A DNA stretch of 63,988 nt, the filler included, from Folioceros fuciformis (taxonomy: Eukaryota): NCBI GenBank assembly GCA_049999805.1. It is 3 parts of one record of this genome, joined end to end, with 100 filler letters (N's around TTAATTAATTAA, not from the genome) between each part and the next. Parts side by side here need not be neighbours in the genome. Positions count along the whole stretch, not along the records: positions 14,149 to 37,156 come from JBNGIO010005931.1; 2 more parts are not named here. The stretch is one strand, 5' to 3'. The position numbers and the translations under genes are program-made. This document shows, in pieces, positions 24,301-37,256 of the stretch. A model generated the notes under the pieces. It was not told where the DNA came from and did not search any database. It saw only the letters and a list, made by a program, of their open reading frames with translations. The first letter of the stretch is position 1. The number at the start of each line of letters is the position of its first letter.

Positions 24301-27300
24301 CTCCTGGATCAGCGATGGGGGCAGAAGGGCTCGGGGGATTCTAAGAGAGTGGAGGCCGAGACAGTCGCAGTGGAGACAGGCACAATAGTCTAGGAGGCAC
24401 TAGGTCAGAATATTATAGGATAATCTACTCATGAATTTTGAACCAAGTAGTGTTGAACGTAGAAGTGTGTCGGGAACATTTAATTATTTCTGAAGACTCA
24501 GAAAGGCTGCAGCAGTAATGGTGCTCCAAGGCCAAATGTATAAGGGACTAGGTTGTGTCTCTCTCTTGAGACAATTCCAGGTGTGAGCTTCCGTGTGCTG
24601 AATTTGTGCGCTGTGGGTTGGAGGCATCCGATCGATGGAGATATGATTCAGCATGCTATCCTCTCTTCACAAGAGGACTAGGAACATCCTTGGGTGGTCG
24701 AGAGTTATGTGACCTAACTCCGCGATTGGTGTGGCTAATGGAAGGGGTGCTATGCACTTGTGAGGGAAAGAATTTATGTAGAAGGTCAGGGTGGGAACAT
24801 GAGTTTTGTGAAACCCCTGGAAAGCAGAGAGGGAGCGCGAGTTTCGCGAAACTCTTGTGAAGCCATCCGGCTGCAATTTTTCCCTTCCTCACTGCACTGC
24901 CTAACAAGGCTGTGTTTAATCTCCAAGGAGGGGTTTATGTGGCCCAAGGAGGGGGCTGTATGGCCCAAGGAGGAGGATTGTGTGAAGATTTGGTGTGTGA
25001 GAAGTGTGAGTGTTTGAAATTGTGCAGCGATGAAGAAGATTGGAGGTAGATTGTGTGAAGAATCAGTAATGCAGAGAGGCGCTGCGGTGAGGTTGGCCCT
25101 AATCTGCATCTACCAGAGTAATATGGTTGTAGAATAACGTAAGTATGGCTTGGTGTGCATGAGAATCAATCTGCACAAGCCATAGCTCCTTCATAGGCGT
25201 GGCCATAGACCCCTCGTCATGTAAGCGCTGTGAGAGTGCACCAAACGGGTGGGTCCCACCACGGTGACGAAATCCACTACCCTCGGTTGTTAAATCCACT
25301 ACCGCGGTGGCAGAACTCACTATAGTGGCAGAGTTAGGAATGACAGTGGCGAACTTAGGCACAGTGGTGGAGTACATCTTGTAGGAACTAACGGCACAGA
25401 GTCTAGAAGTCATAGAATTTAAACAACTTGACACAACCCATTCCCTTGGGATCGAATCCTAGGACTATAACAATGTAGAGGGTGAATGTGGACCTCATTG
25501 TGTCCCTAGACACGGAATTTCACTCCATAGGCAGCCTTTCGGTTGTTTTGTTTGTAATGTCACATGCTTTGGTGCTCGCCTTTTATTGGGCGGAGCAGCC
25601 AGTGGAGGCGACATTGGCAACACTCCATTGCCTATGCAGTCAGCTCCTTGTGCTTGCAAAAGCGCAAAGCATAGCAGTACTAAATCATCAAACACCAAAA
25701 CCAAGGCAACAGAATAAGAGATTGTACCAACTTCGAGTTCATCTTCGATTTCAGTGCATCCTTGTGTTGAATGGCTTTTTGGACCTATGTAGAGGCAGAC
25801 TAATTGGGGCACGTTCAGTAGTTCGAGCCCCCACCGTAAGGTCCGTTCGGGATTTCTCAAAGCTGGAGGACAATATTGGACAAGGGGAGAGCATACGAGG
25901 CATAACATTAGTAGGGGGGGATGAGCGGCGAGTGTGGAGCAAAGAAGAGGTAGCGGAATGGAGTGCAAGTTTGGCCTAGAGCGGTGAGGGCGAGATCTAC
26001 TGTCCGGCGGAGTGCTGCGACCACGGAGAGGTTGGGTAACTCTCCCCAAACGGTGCCACTTGAGTTGTCGCTGCAATTGAGGGTTGCCAAGTTTGCTCCC
26101 CGAACACCATGGTCCTTCAACGTCTTTCGGATGAGACCCCCAAAGCCCCCCGAAGCCACTCCCAACTGCTCCTTTGGACTTGTTCTTGAAGTCAGCTGGG
26201 TATGAAGATCGGTGTATGCACAAGGGGACCTGCGAATGAGGGAAAGCAAGGTGGTGAGCGAGACAGACAACCAGAGAGGAGCAGCAGCGGGGATGAGTGG
26301 ACAATGGAACTGCAAGGCCCATTCTATGTTAAGTTGTTGAACATTTATACAGGGCCGGACCTCTAGTCCGGGCAACATTCATTAATGCAAAAAAACTAAG
26401 TTCTATTCTAGGGATCTGCTGCCTTGGGGCTAGCAGTAGCCAGCTAGATCCTAACAAAAAGACTTAATGGGAAGGCGGTGGAGTGGGTGGGGTGGGGTTT
26501 GGCGAAGGAGCTACGCCTGCGGAGCCTACGGGAGAGGTGGGACTAGGAGGAGATTCTGCTCCACCAATGGGGATGGGTAGGTCGGCAAAGCTAGTATGGG
26601 GAGAATGGACTACAACCTGCAGATCGGGGTCCGGTGAAGATGGGCCAGCCTCTTGAGGTGTTGGGCTACTTGGGGCGGTCCGCGCATCGGAGGGCGGGTC
26701 CGATGCTATGACTATGGCCGCGTACTCCGCCGTCTCACTTAGGACCCGGAGTACCTTGCTGTGGAAGATGACGTGGCTATCATCCAATTGTTGGATGGCA
26801 TCCACCACCATTCTTCGGAGAGTTTACTACTCCGACCACCATCTAGCCTCTGGGAGGTTGGCATGTTAAGCTGTTGCCGTTGCTACATAGCGCCGGAGCT
26901 CCTCGAGGTCTACAAAGGTGACTGTGGCAGACTCACGTATCCAGAGATTGTTCACTACCTCCGTCTGCGCCTGGACAAGGGCTACCTCTCGGTGCTCCTC
27001 CCGAGCTCCGAAGTCTGCTAGTTGTGCCTCTAGATCTTTGACTTTGGCGCACAAAGCGTCGGACTTCTGCAAGAGTGCCTTCCGTTCCCCATTCCACAGA
27101 TCTCTGTGGGTCTGCATACTTTTGTGCATCTACGCGAGGTCTGTCTTTAGAGTCCAGACCTCTTGTTGGGCCACCTTCTCCTTTACCTGCACTGCCTGGA
27201 GCCTGCCTCGCATCTCTTCCAACTGCTGGGCATACTCCTCTAGATTACGGGACCCCCCCTTTTCATCCTCCAAGGCGCGGTTCCATTCCTTTTGGTACCG

Positions 27301-28800
27301 GTCTTGGTTTGCTATGTGCCGCCTGCAAGCTTCCTGAGCATCTATCTCCCGCTTCCTCCAAGCCTGCCGTTCCTCCGCGTGGATGGCCTCCATCGCTACC
27401 TGTGCCCAAGCGTTTTCTTCCTGGGCTTCTCCCCGCTGCCTCTCCAGGTCTGCTGTCTAATTGGCACTTGTGTTCTTAGCTCCTGTAGGGACTTATCCTG
27501 TTTGCTTCGATATTTTTTGGACTCCTCATGGAGTTTTGTGGTGTGCCCAACAGCTTTTTTCCCTTAGGGTGGACAAGTAGGTTGCAAACTCAATCATCCT
27601 CCTGCAGAGGGCAATATTTTTGCCCTCCCATGCCACGACTTGTCCAAAGGACGATGCTAGCCCCTCCGCCACACTCGTGATGATTCCATGAGCTGCTTGT
27701 GTCGCGCCTTCTGCAGTTGCTCTGGTGTACAACCGAAAGTTAGGAGGCAAGGAGGCTATCCCGAAAGATGTCTAGATAGCCCTCCTCATGGCTTCTAGGT
27801 CCGTAATACCTCCTTTGATGAGATCTTCTAGAACTATTAACCGCGACAGAGTTTTTCGCCGGTTGGTCTCCTCCTGGGTTGGGCGTGGTGCAGGAGTTGG
27901 TATTACTCTGGCAAGTGGCGGACTAGGAGAACGACGTCCCCGCCCCTTCTTCCGCCCATGCGGCAAGGGAGGTCGCTTCACTTTAAATGGCCCAATCCCA
28001 TGCCACTCGTTATAGTCGAGCTAAGTGGCTAACCGGACCAACTCCATCTGGTCCGCCTTCTCCCGTGTCTTGGGTGGACTTGTTGCTCCTGATACTGGGG
28101 CCAAAAAGTCTTCTAGCTCCGGACTAGGAGGAGGTGGGGCACTCCGCAATAGAATCCTTCAGCCTATTGTGGACATTACCCGTATAGTCCGTCGCTTTGG
28201 TGGAGGAACTTGGGCTAGTGGGGCCCCTGCCTTCTACTTTGGAGAAAATAAGTTGGGTTTTCCTATAGCAACTATTTCATAGCCATCCAATGAGATAATC
28301 CTTCAGCTCCTTGAACTGACCAATTAGTTCCAAAAATTAGTTTACTGACCCTTGGGTATTAGGTGTACTAACCCACAATTTGTTAGTATATTGACATGAC
28401 GTAAGTTCATTTCTAACGAAGAAAAACATAGCGTCAGCAGTAGTGGGGAGTTGCAAGAGCTAACCTCATGTTGGATTTTAAAAATTTTAAACAAGTAGAT
28501 AACCTAACTAGTCGGAGTGAGTGAGGTCAACGGGTAAGTTTCCTCAGTCACAAGATTGGAGCTCCATGGACTTTCCCGCAATCCTTGAACTGACATAAAG
28601 GTTAGACAAGTAGAGTAAAAAGTAAAGCCGAGGGAAGTCGGGAAAATCAGCAAATAGGAAAACAAAAAATAAAAAGGGGCAAGAAGAAAGAAAGAAATGG
28701 GAGATGAGGATGAGGGTTTGCCACGCGCGGTGTAGTTTTCAATTTTTTGAAGTCTTGTACCAAGGTGGTTCACAACAAGAAAAATGGGCTTGGTCTTCCT
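21400..28800. mobile_element. Degenerate repeat-derived region, probably accessory/coiled-coil ORF remnants of LTR retrotransposons
   Basis: Interrupted charged or coiled-coil ORFs on both strands, e.g. VNWTRIIFKW...LSPFLIHLLAH at about 22.7 kb and Glu/Arg-rich ORFs at 26.9-27.4 kb. No catalytic motif recognised. Confidence 0.3.
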
Positions 28801-29511
28801 CTTTTATGTATTGTAGGGTTTTTTCGGCATAGGGTTTCTGTTGCTCTGCAGCGAGTGTTGGCTAATGCCATATACTAGACGACAACATTGGCAGGAGAGG
28901 CGGCGTTAGCAATTCTAGTGGTAGGTAGACCCTTTTTTTCTCCTAGACCATGATGGCTTATGTGTTTTTGGTAGGCATTAGGCTTTAGGAGGTTAGCCCC
29001 TAGTGTCCCTAACATGGTTTATCTTCTCTCTAGGGGTAGATGGAATTTCCCATCTTGTTTTTCTAAAATAAATAAGGGACTTTACCAATAATAATAACTA
29101 TTTTTCTATTTTATCATTATTTACCTAATAATAACTAGATCTTTGTCTATTTTATTCTTATCTACCTAACAACTTTCTTCATTTCAAAGTAAAATCAGGA
29201 AAATAATTATCTTTGAAGTATGTACCAAATCTCTATGAAAGATGAAGCACAAATGATATCATTCATTGTTAGCCCTTGTAGATTTGTAATCGATTCAAAA
29301 TCCTTCATTGTTAGTCCTTGTAGATTTGTAGTCAATTTAGAGCGTTGCGCTTAAGTCGGGTGTGTGAAAGAAGGTTTGTTATGAAGTTGGATTTGAGTAG
29401 ACAAAGGGCATTGCGCTTGGAGGGGCGTGTGCAAAAGTAGGTTTGTTCTGAAATTGGATTTATACAGGCACTTCTCAAACAAACACCTATCCGATCAACG
29501 GACATGCTTTT

Positions 29512-29670
29512 CAACATTAGAGACATCTTCAATATCTCTCCACAACATTAGAGACTTCTTCAATATCTCTCCACGACATTAGCGACATCTTCAACATCTC
29601 TCCACAACATTGAAGACATCTTCAATATCTCTCCAAAACATTAGAGACATCTTCGATATCTCTCCACAAC
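29512..29670. repeat. Tandem repeat, about 31-bp unit, about 5 copies
   Basis: Unit CAACATTAGAGACATCTTCAATATCTCTCCA. Confidence 0.9.
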
Positions 29671-30331
29671 GATAATGGTACAGAGTCCCCGTGAAGAACG
29701 TACGGTTCCCGTGGAGAACATAGAGTCCCCGAGGAGAATACCACATCTCAACGGCGTGATGCGTGGCGACATGTAGGTCACCCATGAGACAACGAGTGAA
29801 GAAATTGTAGATCTTAAAGAAGTTCCGTCTTCCCACCTTTGTCGTCCTTCCGAATTTCTACGTAATACTCATCCATTATCATTTCATGTGCTCTATAAAG
29901 AAGTTCTACGGGCAGCCTAATTGAAACTGTCCAAAATCTTAGGCCATTCCTCACCGTGGGAATTTCCAGACTTTTTTTAACGCTTCCGATTCCTCCCTAT
30001 ATTGTATATTCAATTTCCTCAAGACCTCAACCGTTTCAATGGCTCTGTTTCGTTTTTTGTTAGCCTCTAACGACATAACCAGCTCATCCACTCAGTACCT
30101 GAATTACGCTCATTTTTCACGTAGTTAAAGCTGAGATGGTAAGGACCAGAAGAGATGCCCACGGAACAAACATAGTACGGCAGATAAATTGTCTGAACTG
30201 AGCGAAGTCGGCTTTCCAGGTTCCGACCAATGACAAAAAAAGACAATACAACCAGTGCTCACAAACTCATCGCAATACAAGTTATCAACATCTGCGAGGA
30301 CCGGTAATGCTTCCCACCCGCAGGTCAAGTC

Positions 30332-32338
30332 TCACCGGTAGAAGGACCCGGTCACAAACAGGATCACAGCTGACACGACCGTAATGAAAAGCTTCTACAG
30401 CCAACCAAAAAAATGAATTATAGACTTCCTGAAGCATGCATTAACCAGCAGTCCACAACGCACTCTGTATCCAAGGCAAGGAGGTACCTGGCTGTTGAGT
30501 AGAGTCCTTGGAATGTTCTGCCCCAACAAATCGAAGACATTCAAAGTGCCAGTAAAAGCCTGAAAAGCCAGTTTCGACAAACATCTTCACACCCCAGGAA
30601 ATGCCATGTTCGAGGCAGCGACGGCAGAAAAAGAACCAGAACAAGGAATAGTATAAGGTTCGATTAAAAAGAGCTCCCAGACTCGGTGTGATAGCATTCT
30701 ACAGAGGTAGCTCCGAGTACACTTACGTACCATTGCAGCTATGCTCACCGGGCAGAATACAAGGGCAAGTGTGCGTAACAACCGTCTACCCTTTTTTTCC
30801 ATGTCTACCCTCTGGGTGCCGTCCTACAGGTAGCGGTGAAAGTTTTGGGTAAAGTCACACGTCAGTAACAAGTGATCCACAGCTGTCAGCAAGATTCTCA
30901 ACATACCTCGGTAAATGATGAATCAGTCTCAGAGGGTTGCAACTTGTAGAACACAGAGAACATGTAGCCGAAAATAAGAAACTGAAGAGGTCTCCAATCT
31001 GCTGTTTGGTCGAAAACAGCCCAGATTGCCTGATGGGCTTGACAGTAAGAAATCAGAACTCCTCAACCCGGTGTTCCAGTAGTAAGGAAAGCAGGAAACA
31101 TGATATACAGAAAGACAGTGAGGTGGCTTACAAAGAACACAGACACAGCAAAATTGAATGCGATTTCTCTGGTACTTGATTTGGCAAACCTGCATGGTGG
31201 AATCTTTTAACGAAAGACAACCAAACAGGAGAATCATACAGTGCCATCCACCTGATCCAGCACCCATTAACTTCTTGGATAAGAAGAAAAGAATTCAGAA
31301 TGACTGGATATACAGTCCACCTTGGGCCCCAGGGAAAAAGGGGTTGGCGATCTGCATGTCTGATCTCCCTAGAGACCTGGCAGTGACAAGGAAAACTTAA
31401 GTCCATACAACAGGAGCTCTTCCCACGGACAAGAACACCAGTCAAAGAAAGGCAAACTCACCTTGAACGAACCAAAGGATATACCCTGCTTCCGATTTGA
31501 CAACTGTTTCATCATGATTTGGTCATACGCCCCTTCCAACTTCAAGCAAACACACAGACTTTAGAGGCATCTTTGATCCCTCTCCGACCCGGGGAGTGAG
31601 AAATGCGTTCACTGTTAAAAAAAAAGAAGCATACAGCAACACACGACGTTGACCTCTGTGCTGGAGACCACTGAATCTTAACACTTCCTCGAATTACGAC
31701 ACAAGCCCCAGGACCCACGTACTGCGTGACAAAGACCGGACCGGTAAAATAACATCTTACCAGAGCCATAGCGCCTTCGTCTCCCTTCTTTTCCGCATCT
31801 TTGAACTTCCTGTCGAAGGCAGCCTTCACAATGTCGAATTTCTGGATGGGGTTGACTCCAAGGACCTGTGATCGGCCAGGGTACGGGCCACGGGTTTGCA
31901 CTACGCACTCACAAACTTCGCCAAAAACAGAAGCAACAGATACAGGCCTGATTTGCACCTCATACGGATCAGGGACACCTGCCGGTGGCTGGTTGGCACT
32001 CATGCCAGCGAGGCAGATCACTGCTGTCTGCACTCTCGGGTAGCGCCTGTGGCACATAATGCACAAACGTTTATATTAGTAAATCGTTCTTTGCCAGAGG
32101 AACATACATCGATGTTGCAAGGGGCGTCCACATGACGTGCGGAGACTTCATCTGGGAGGTCAGCTGCGTCGAGCTGAACATGACCGAAATCGCAGCTTAG
32201 AGGCACAACGTAAAAAACAAAAAAAGCGAGAGAAGCGAACCGCACAAGAGGCCTGCGTCTTGCACAGATACGAGGCCCTCGTGGAGAGACTTGCAGCCAC
32301 TGCATCGAGGACGACAGCGAGGCCGGAAGAGAAGCCAT
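30332..32338 (-). CDS. CJD1: Chloroplast J-like domain protein 1 (CPP1-like/DUF3353 family), multi-exon
   Basis: Transit-peptide-like start MASLPAS. Exons PDPYE/VLGVNPIQKFDIVKAAFDRKFKDAEKKGDEGAMAL/LEGAYDQIMMKQLSNRKQGISFGSFK/VSREIRHADRQPLFPWGPR/...GRRLLRTLALVF/...KLFITVVSAVILFVTGSFYR*. Confidence 0.85.
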
Positions 32339-32557
32339 GTTCGCTGTTGGCGCCAAGGCTCAAGACTTGATGGCACAACTCTCTATCAGGTCTCTATGGT
32401 CGGTTTTAACAATTTAGGGTTTAGTCTTATCGTCTTAGGGTGTTATAGTGAGCCGGTGTTGAGCTGAATCTCGACCAAGTCAGCTAGCATTGGGCGGTGT
32501 CACCGCAAGCATCTGTTCTAAGGGTGTGTCACTGTGCGCCGGCGACTGAGGAGCCTC
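32339..32557. promoter_or_regulatory. Short bidirectional promoter region between CJD1 and LSM12 with a telo-box (TAGGGTTT, 32415-32422)
   Basis: Divergent ATGs about 220 bp apart; telo-box motif present. Confidence 0.5.
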
Positions 32558-33539
32558 ATGGATGCTGCAGATTTTGCAGTTGGTTGCCGTTTAGCTATTA
32601 AGACCACCATTGGAGAGGACATCGAGGGGCAGGTCCTGACCTTTGACAAATTGTCCAGCATTGTGGTACTTCATATCCTCAGGTCTTCTTTGCGTGGTGC
32701 TTTCGCACTTTGTTTAGGTCCAACGGTTGGCTGTAGAGCGGGGCCACAGAATTGCATTGTAGCTGTCCGCCTAGCCATGTTGTGGATGATAGTCTGCGAA
32801 CGTCCGCCCTTGACGTGAAAGAGTGCACAAGAAATCGGCAGTGGCGGTTCCAGACGCAACTTGCGTTTTCTGAAGACAGATTTCATCAAGGATTCCACGG
32901 TCCTGGGACAAGTTGATGAACCCTTCGACTTGACGAACTCTTTCCTCGACATAAATAGTCTGCGAATTCGAGAGGAGAATGCTTTAAGGTTAGGTCAGTC
33001 AGACATCGTCTCGAGTTGTTTTTGTTTTGAGCACTCGCACCCTGTTCTTAACTTGCTTTTCTTGTACATACTACATCTGCCGAACTTGCAGACAAGCTGA
33101 ATTAGAGACAGAGAGGATAGGGGTTGGAGTGTCACATGAGGCTCAAGACATATTTGATGAGCTATCCAAAACGTAAGTGGAACTGGCGTTGCATGTGACA
33201 ATGTTCATACTTCCGTCTTATCTGCCTCAATTGTGATTGTGATGGATGTTGATCACGAACAGCCTTCCGGTGAAGTGGGAGAAGACGACGATCATTGTGT
33301 TGGATGAGGTGCGGGTTAGCAACCCTTACTCTGCGGAATGCGTTACCGGCGGTTCTCAAAACGCCAACGAGTATGTAAGGAAAATGGTCAGTCATTTTTG
33401 CTATGAGGTTATCCCCGGCAGTGATGGCTTTGTTATTGTTCGCCGAGGGTTTATGTTACGTGAAGCTAATGCAAGTTGGTGGGTGACAACACTACAGGTT
33501 GATGGAATTTGGATGAGATTACAGTCGCGGGGGGGATAG
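32558..33539 (+). CDS. LSM12: LSM12-like protein (LSM + anticodon-binding AD domain), 5 exons
   Basis: MDAADFAVGCRLAIKTTIGEDIEGQVLTFDK...VVLQ/EIGSGGSRRNLRFLK...; QAELETERIGVGVSHEAQDIFDELSKT; LPVKWEKTTIIVLDEVRVSNPY; VDGIWMRLQSRGG*. Confidence 0.88.
32673..32828 (+). other. U12-type (minor spliceosome) AT-AC intron in LSM12
   Basis: 5' ATATCCTC, branch CCCTTGAC (32807-32814), 3' AC at 32827-32828. Removal restores the frame (C|AA = Gln). Confidence 0.85.
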
Positions 33540-34055
33540 AGCATGGGTGGGTAGCAGTGTGTGAGTCATCCCTGAGTCTTGAATGGAGCAAGCTCAACAG
33601 AAATTCTAATCACCGAGTGCTCAGCTTCGCTGGGCATGAAATTTGAGGTTTACTGTTGGGAGTTTTCGCGAAGGGCTTTCACAGCGAAGAGTAGCGCGAT
33701 CACGAAATGCGGACAACGCATTCTGACTAGACTAAGAAGCTTCGATCGCTTCGCAGCTGGTCAACGGCCAGATTCACCCGCTGGACGGTAGAGTTAGTAC
33801 TTTTGCGGACAGATCGTTTCTTCTGTGTACAAGTGTGTACACGTAAGTGTTCTGCGTCGGGGCACAAGCAGTAACTTGCAAGTCATTTTCGCAGTTGGTA
33901 CCGTGCAAGCGGGGCGAATGGCCGAAGCTGAGCAAACATTTGCCGTAGCTGAAACACTCCAAGGAACGCGGTGCCCATACCTTTGCCACCTCCAGGGGAA
34001 TGGGGTGGCCATAGCAGTAACACCTGTAAGCAATGGGGTGGGACACGCAGTTATC

Positions 34056-34277
34056 AAGCAACGGCGTGGGATACGCAGTCAGAGGCGGCGACCAAGCTCC
34101 ATGCCTCCGAGGTAAGCAAGAACAGCGTTAAGGAACGGCGTGGGACACGCAGTCAGAGGCGGCGACCACGCTCCATGCCTCCGAGGTAAACAAGAACAGC
34201 GTTAAGCAACGGCGTGGGACACGCAGTCAGAACCGACGACCGAGCTCCAGGCCTCCGAGGTAAACAAGAAGAGCGTT
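34056..34277. repeat. Tandem repeat, 74-bp unit x3
   Basis: Units start at 34056, 34130 and 34204 (AAGCAACGGCGTGGGA...GAACAGCGTT). Confidence 0.9.
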
Positions 34278-35076
34278 AGGCGTCCGAGGCAAAGAAGACC
34301 AGCACTAGGCTTCGAATAACCCGTCGACAGCAAGGCCAACCAGCAAAAGGTCACTCGGCGAAAGCTCGGCCAAGCATTCACGAGCCCGGTGACAACAAGG
34401 CTAGTAGTAGACCTCCAAGTAGTTCGCCGAGTATGACCATTCTCACAAAGGAGTTAGAAAAAGAGAGGATTATGGATATTGAAAAAATCAAAACGAAATA
34501 TTCTATATGCAGATTATGAATAAGGTAATGTGAAGAGAAAAACTGGAGTCCCCCATAGCAACCGTGGTCTCGAGTTCAATTTGTGGAGAACATATATGAC
34601 GACACTTTGTGAGAGTTGGAGACTATCTTTTCGAAAGTATCTAAAGATATTTTGAGAGAATTGCAAACTCATCTCTTCAAAGGGACCTGAATGATTGGCA
34701 AGTCCATCATTAGTAGGAGCATCATTACTTAGCATGGAACCCCCAGCATGACATGTTGTTGTGGAGTAAGCTTGGCCGAGCTTTTGCAGAACAGCTCCTT
34801 AATACATGAGCATGTTGTCCCTGCATCACCCATTAAAAGGTAAATGTCATTACCATCAAAAGGAGAGAGTCACCTAAGTCTATGAGGGAAAGAAAGCAAT
34901 AGCGTATTAGGAGAGCAAGAGCGAATTTGGAGCAACCTGCTAGATTACCATCTACCTTCTTTTTCTCTAGGTGATCCTCCTAGAAGGATAGTTGGAGTCT
35001 ACCCCTCCTTCAAGGAGGTAGATTGTTTTGTGATAGATATAGTGAATAGTCAGCACCAAAGTTCAAGATTGAAGTA

Positions 35077-36410
35077 ATGTCGTCAAGAAGTTCAAATATG
35101 AAGTATGTAGACATGTCCACTGTGCTAGCATTCTATGGGATGCTTGTAGAGGATCGAGACGAGCACTTAATTAGTTTCAAGCACATGCTGAGGTCTAGAG
35201 TCATGAGGATTGAAAAAAAGTACTTGAAGTATTTTCCCTCATCACTGAGGAGCAGGGCTGAGACTTGGTTTGAGTGCCTAAAGGATGCTGACCAATTGGA
35301 TTGGCCTAGACTTTGTTGCGCATTCTTGGAAAAATTTGGCAGCCCTCCTTCCACAAGGACTGCCACAATCAACTCCTTAAGTTGTACCAAGAGAGGGATG
35401 AGAGCATCGCTAAGTACATTGATAGGACCAGGATCCTTGCTAAAAAGTTGGGTTATGCAAACGAAGGTGAGCAGAGAAAGGAGGTGAAGTTCTCCTTCCT
35501 AGGGGGATTGTTACATGAGTACATCAACCAAAAGATGGAAGCTAATGACATCAGTTTTGAAAAAGCCATGGATATGACCTTGGAGCGTAGACTTCGTAGG
35601 TGGGGTGATCATTGGCACCACAAGAGCAAGTCTAGCCATATCCCTTCCACGTCACCACTTCATGCACCAGCCAAACACAAAGAGAAGGTTAGTGCACCCA
35701 CTACTATAGTTAAGGGAGAAGTGTGAGATGGACCTACAATTGCCGAATTATTTCAAGAACTTGTTAGCCTTCATGCCATGATGGCGGAGATGAAAGCTGA
35801 AAAGAAGGAGAACTAGAGCATTGGGCCTTGCAAGAAGTGTGGGAGTGATGAGCACACCACAAGATACTAAGTTAAGGGTGCCTGTACAAAGTGTAGAGAG
35901 GTTGGACACACTAATTGGCGTTGTCCCAAGTACCCTCAACTTAGTGGCAGTGGTAGAAAGGGGCCCCTTCAGCATAGCAAGCCATACAATCAACTCACCA
36001 TCCATGAAGGAAGAGCAAGAGATGTAGAGGACGAGCTAGTGCATAGAGTCTTCTTTGAATATCCACGACAATTAGCTTGCATGCCAAGCACAACCCCTTA
36101 TGCTACCGTTGCTGCGTTGGATGATGCCAAGAAGTTCAATGAAGTAGAGCCGAAAGATGAAGAGCCTGAGACCTCTCGAAGAACCAAGATGCAAAAGAAG
36201 GAGGTTGATACTGGGGTCCCTAAGGAGGTGATGAAGGAAGTTGAGAACATCGTTGTCAAGCCAAAGCGAAGGAAGAAGAAAGGCCCCACATTGCCTCCCA
36301 TCGCCAAGAACACACTTCGCTACTCACTGTCGAGGATATCATTGATTGTCAAGTGAAAATGACTTTTCAACAGTTATTTGGAATCATTCTTGCAATACAA
36401 TGGGAAATGA
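35077..36410 (+). mobile_element. Ty3/gypsy gag remnant
   Basis: FPSSLRSRAETWF...DWPRLCCAFLEKFG, LYQERDESIAKY, and degenerate zinc knuckles CKKCGSDEH / CTKCREVGHTNWRC. Confidence 0.7.
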
Positions 36411-37156
36411 CAGTTGTCGTGCTGTGCCACTAAACATCGCACTCATGCATGGTACATTAGTTAATAATACTCACACCACACCACATTACACACAAATTAA
36501 ACACTGCCTGATGGTGCTACAGCTCTATAAGAGTGAAGCGTTTGCTTCCTTCACACACCACAAAATCTCCTCCACCTGCATCCACACTTCTTAGAGCTAT
36601 AACTTGGCTTCTCAAATCCTCGATTGGGTCACATGATCTTGCACACTACGCACATGCACACCTCAACAGGATTTCCAACAAGAGAATGCTCCCTCAAGAG
36701 AAAGCCTATTCCCAAAAAGCAAGAGAATACAAGCTTACAGCTACAGCGGACACCGCTAAGATAGGCTTTTATGCTTGCTACCTCAGACCTGCTGCAACCC
36801 TAAACCCAACCACATCCACACATCTAGTTGTGTGTCTATCTAGTTGACTTTATATTATATTTTCTAATAATCTTCACTAAATAATTATTAATTACCACTA
36901 ATACCATTTATTAGCATCACTTAATTATTAACCATTTAGTATTTGCATGCATCTAAGCGACAGCACACAATCATGCTTGACATGGGATTGGGTTGGGCAC
37001 TACGGATTTCAGGAGCCCAAGATGTTGATGAGCTAGGTGCGCTATAGACTATAGACTAGGGGAAGTGTGCTGCAGAAATCTTCCGGCCAGATTACAAAAG
37101 ATTGGGACATCCTGCCCTAGCGATTCCAGCCTCCTGTCCACCTGCCGGCATTGTTC

Positions 37157-37256
37157 NNNNNNNNNNNNNNNNNNNNNNNNNNNNNNNNNNNNNNNNNNNN
37201 TTAATTAATTAANNNNNNNNNNNNNNNNNNNNNNNNNNNNNNNNNNNNNNNNNNNN
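37157..37256. other. Assembly gap with artificial TTAATTAATTAA linker (37201-37212)
   Basis: N44-TTAATTAATTAA-N44. Confidence 0.95.

Noticed and set aside
25440-25520. tRNA or tRNA-derived SINE (B-box-like GGATTCGATCCC on the minus strand)
   Set aside because: I could not build a cloverleaf, and no tail or TSD is evident.
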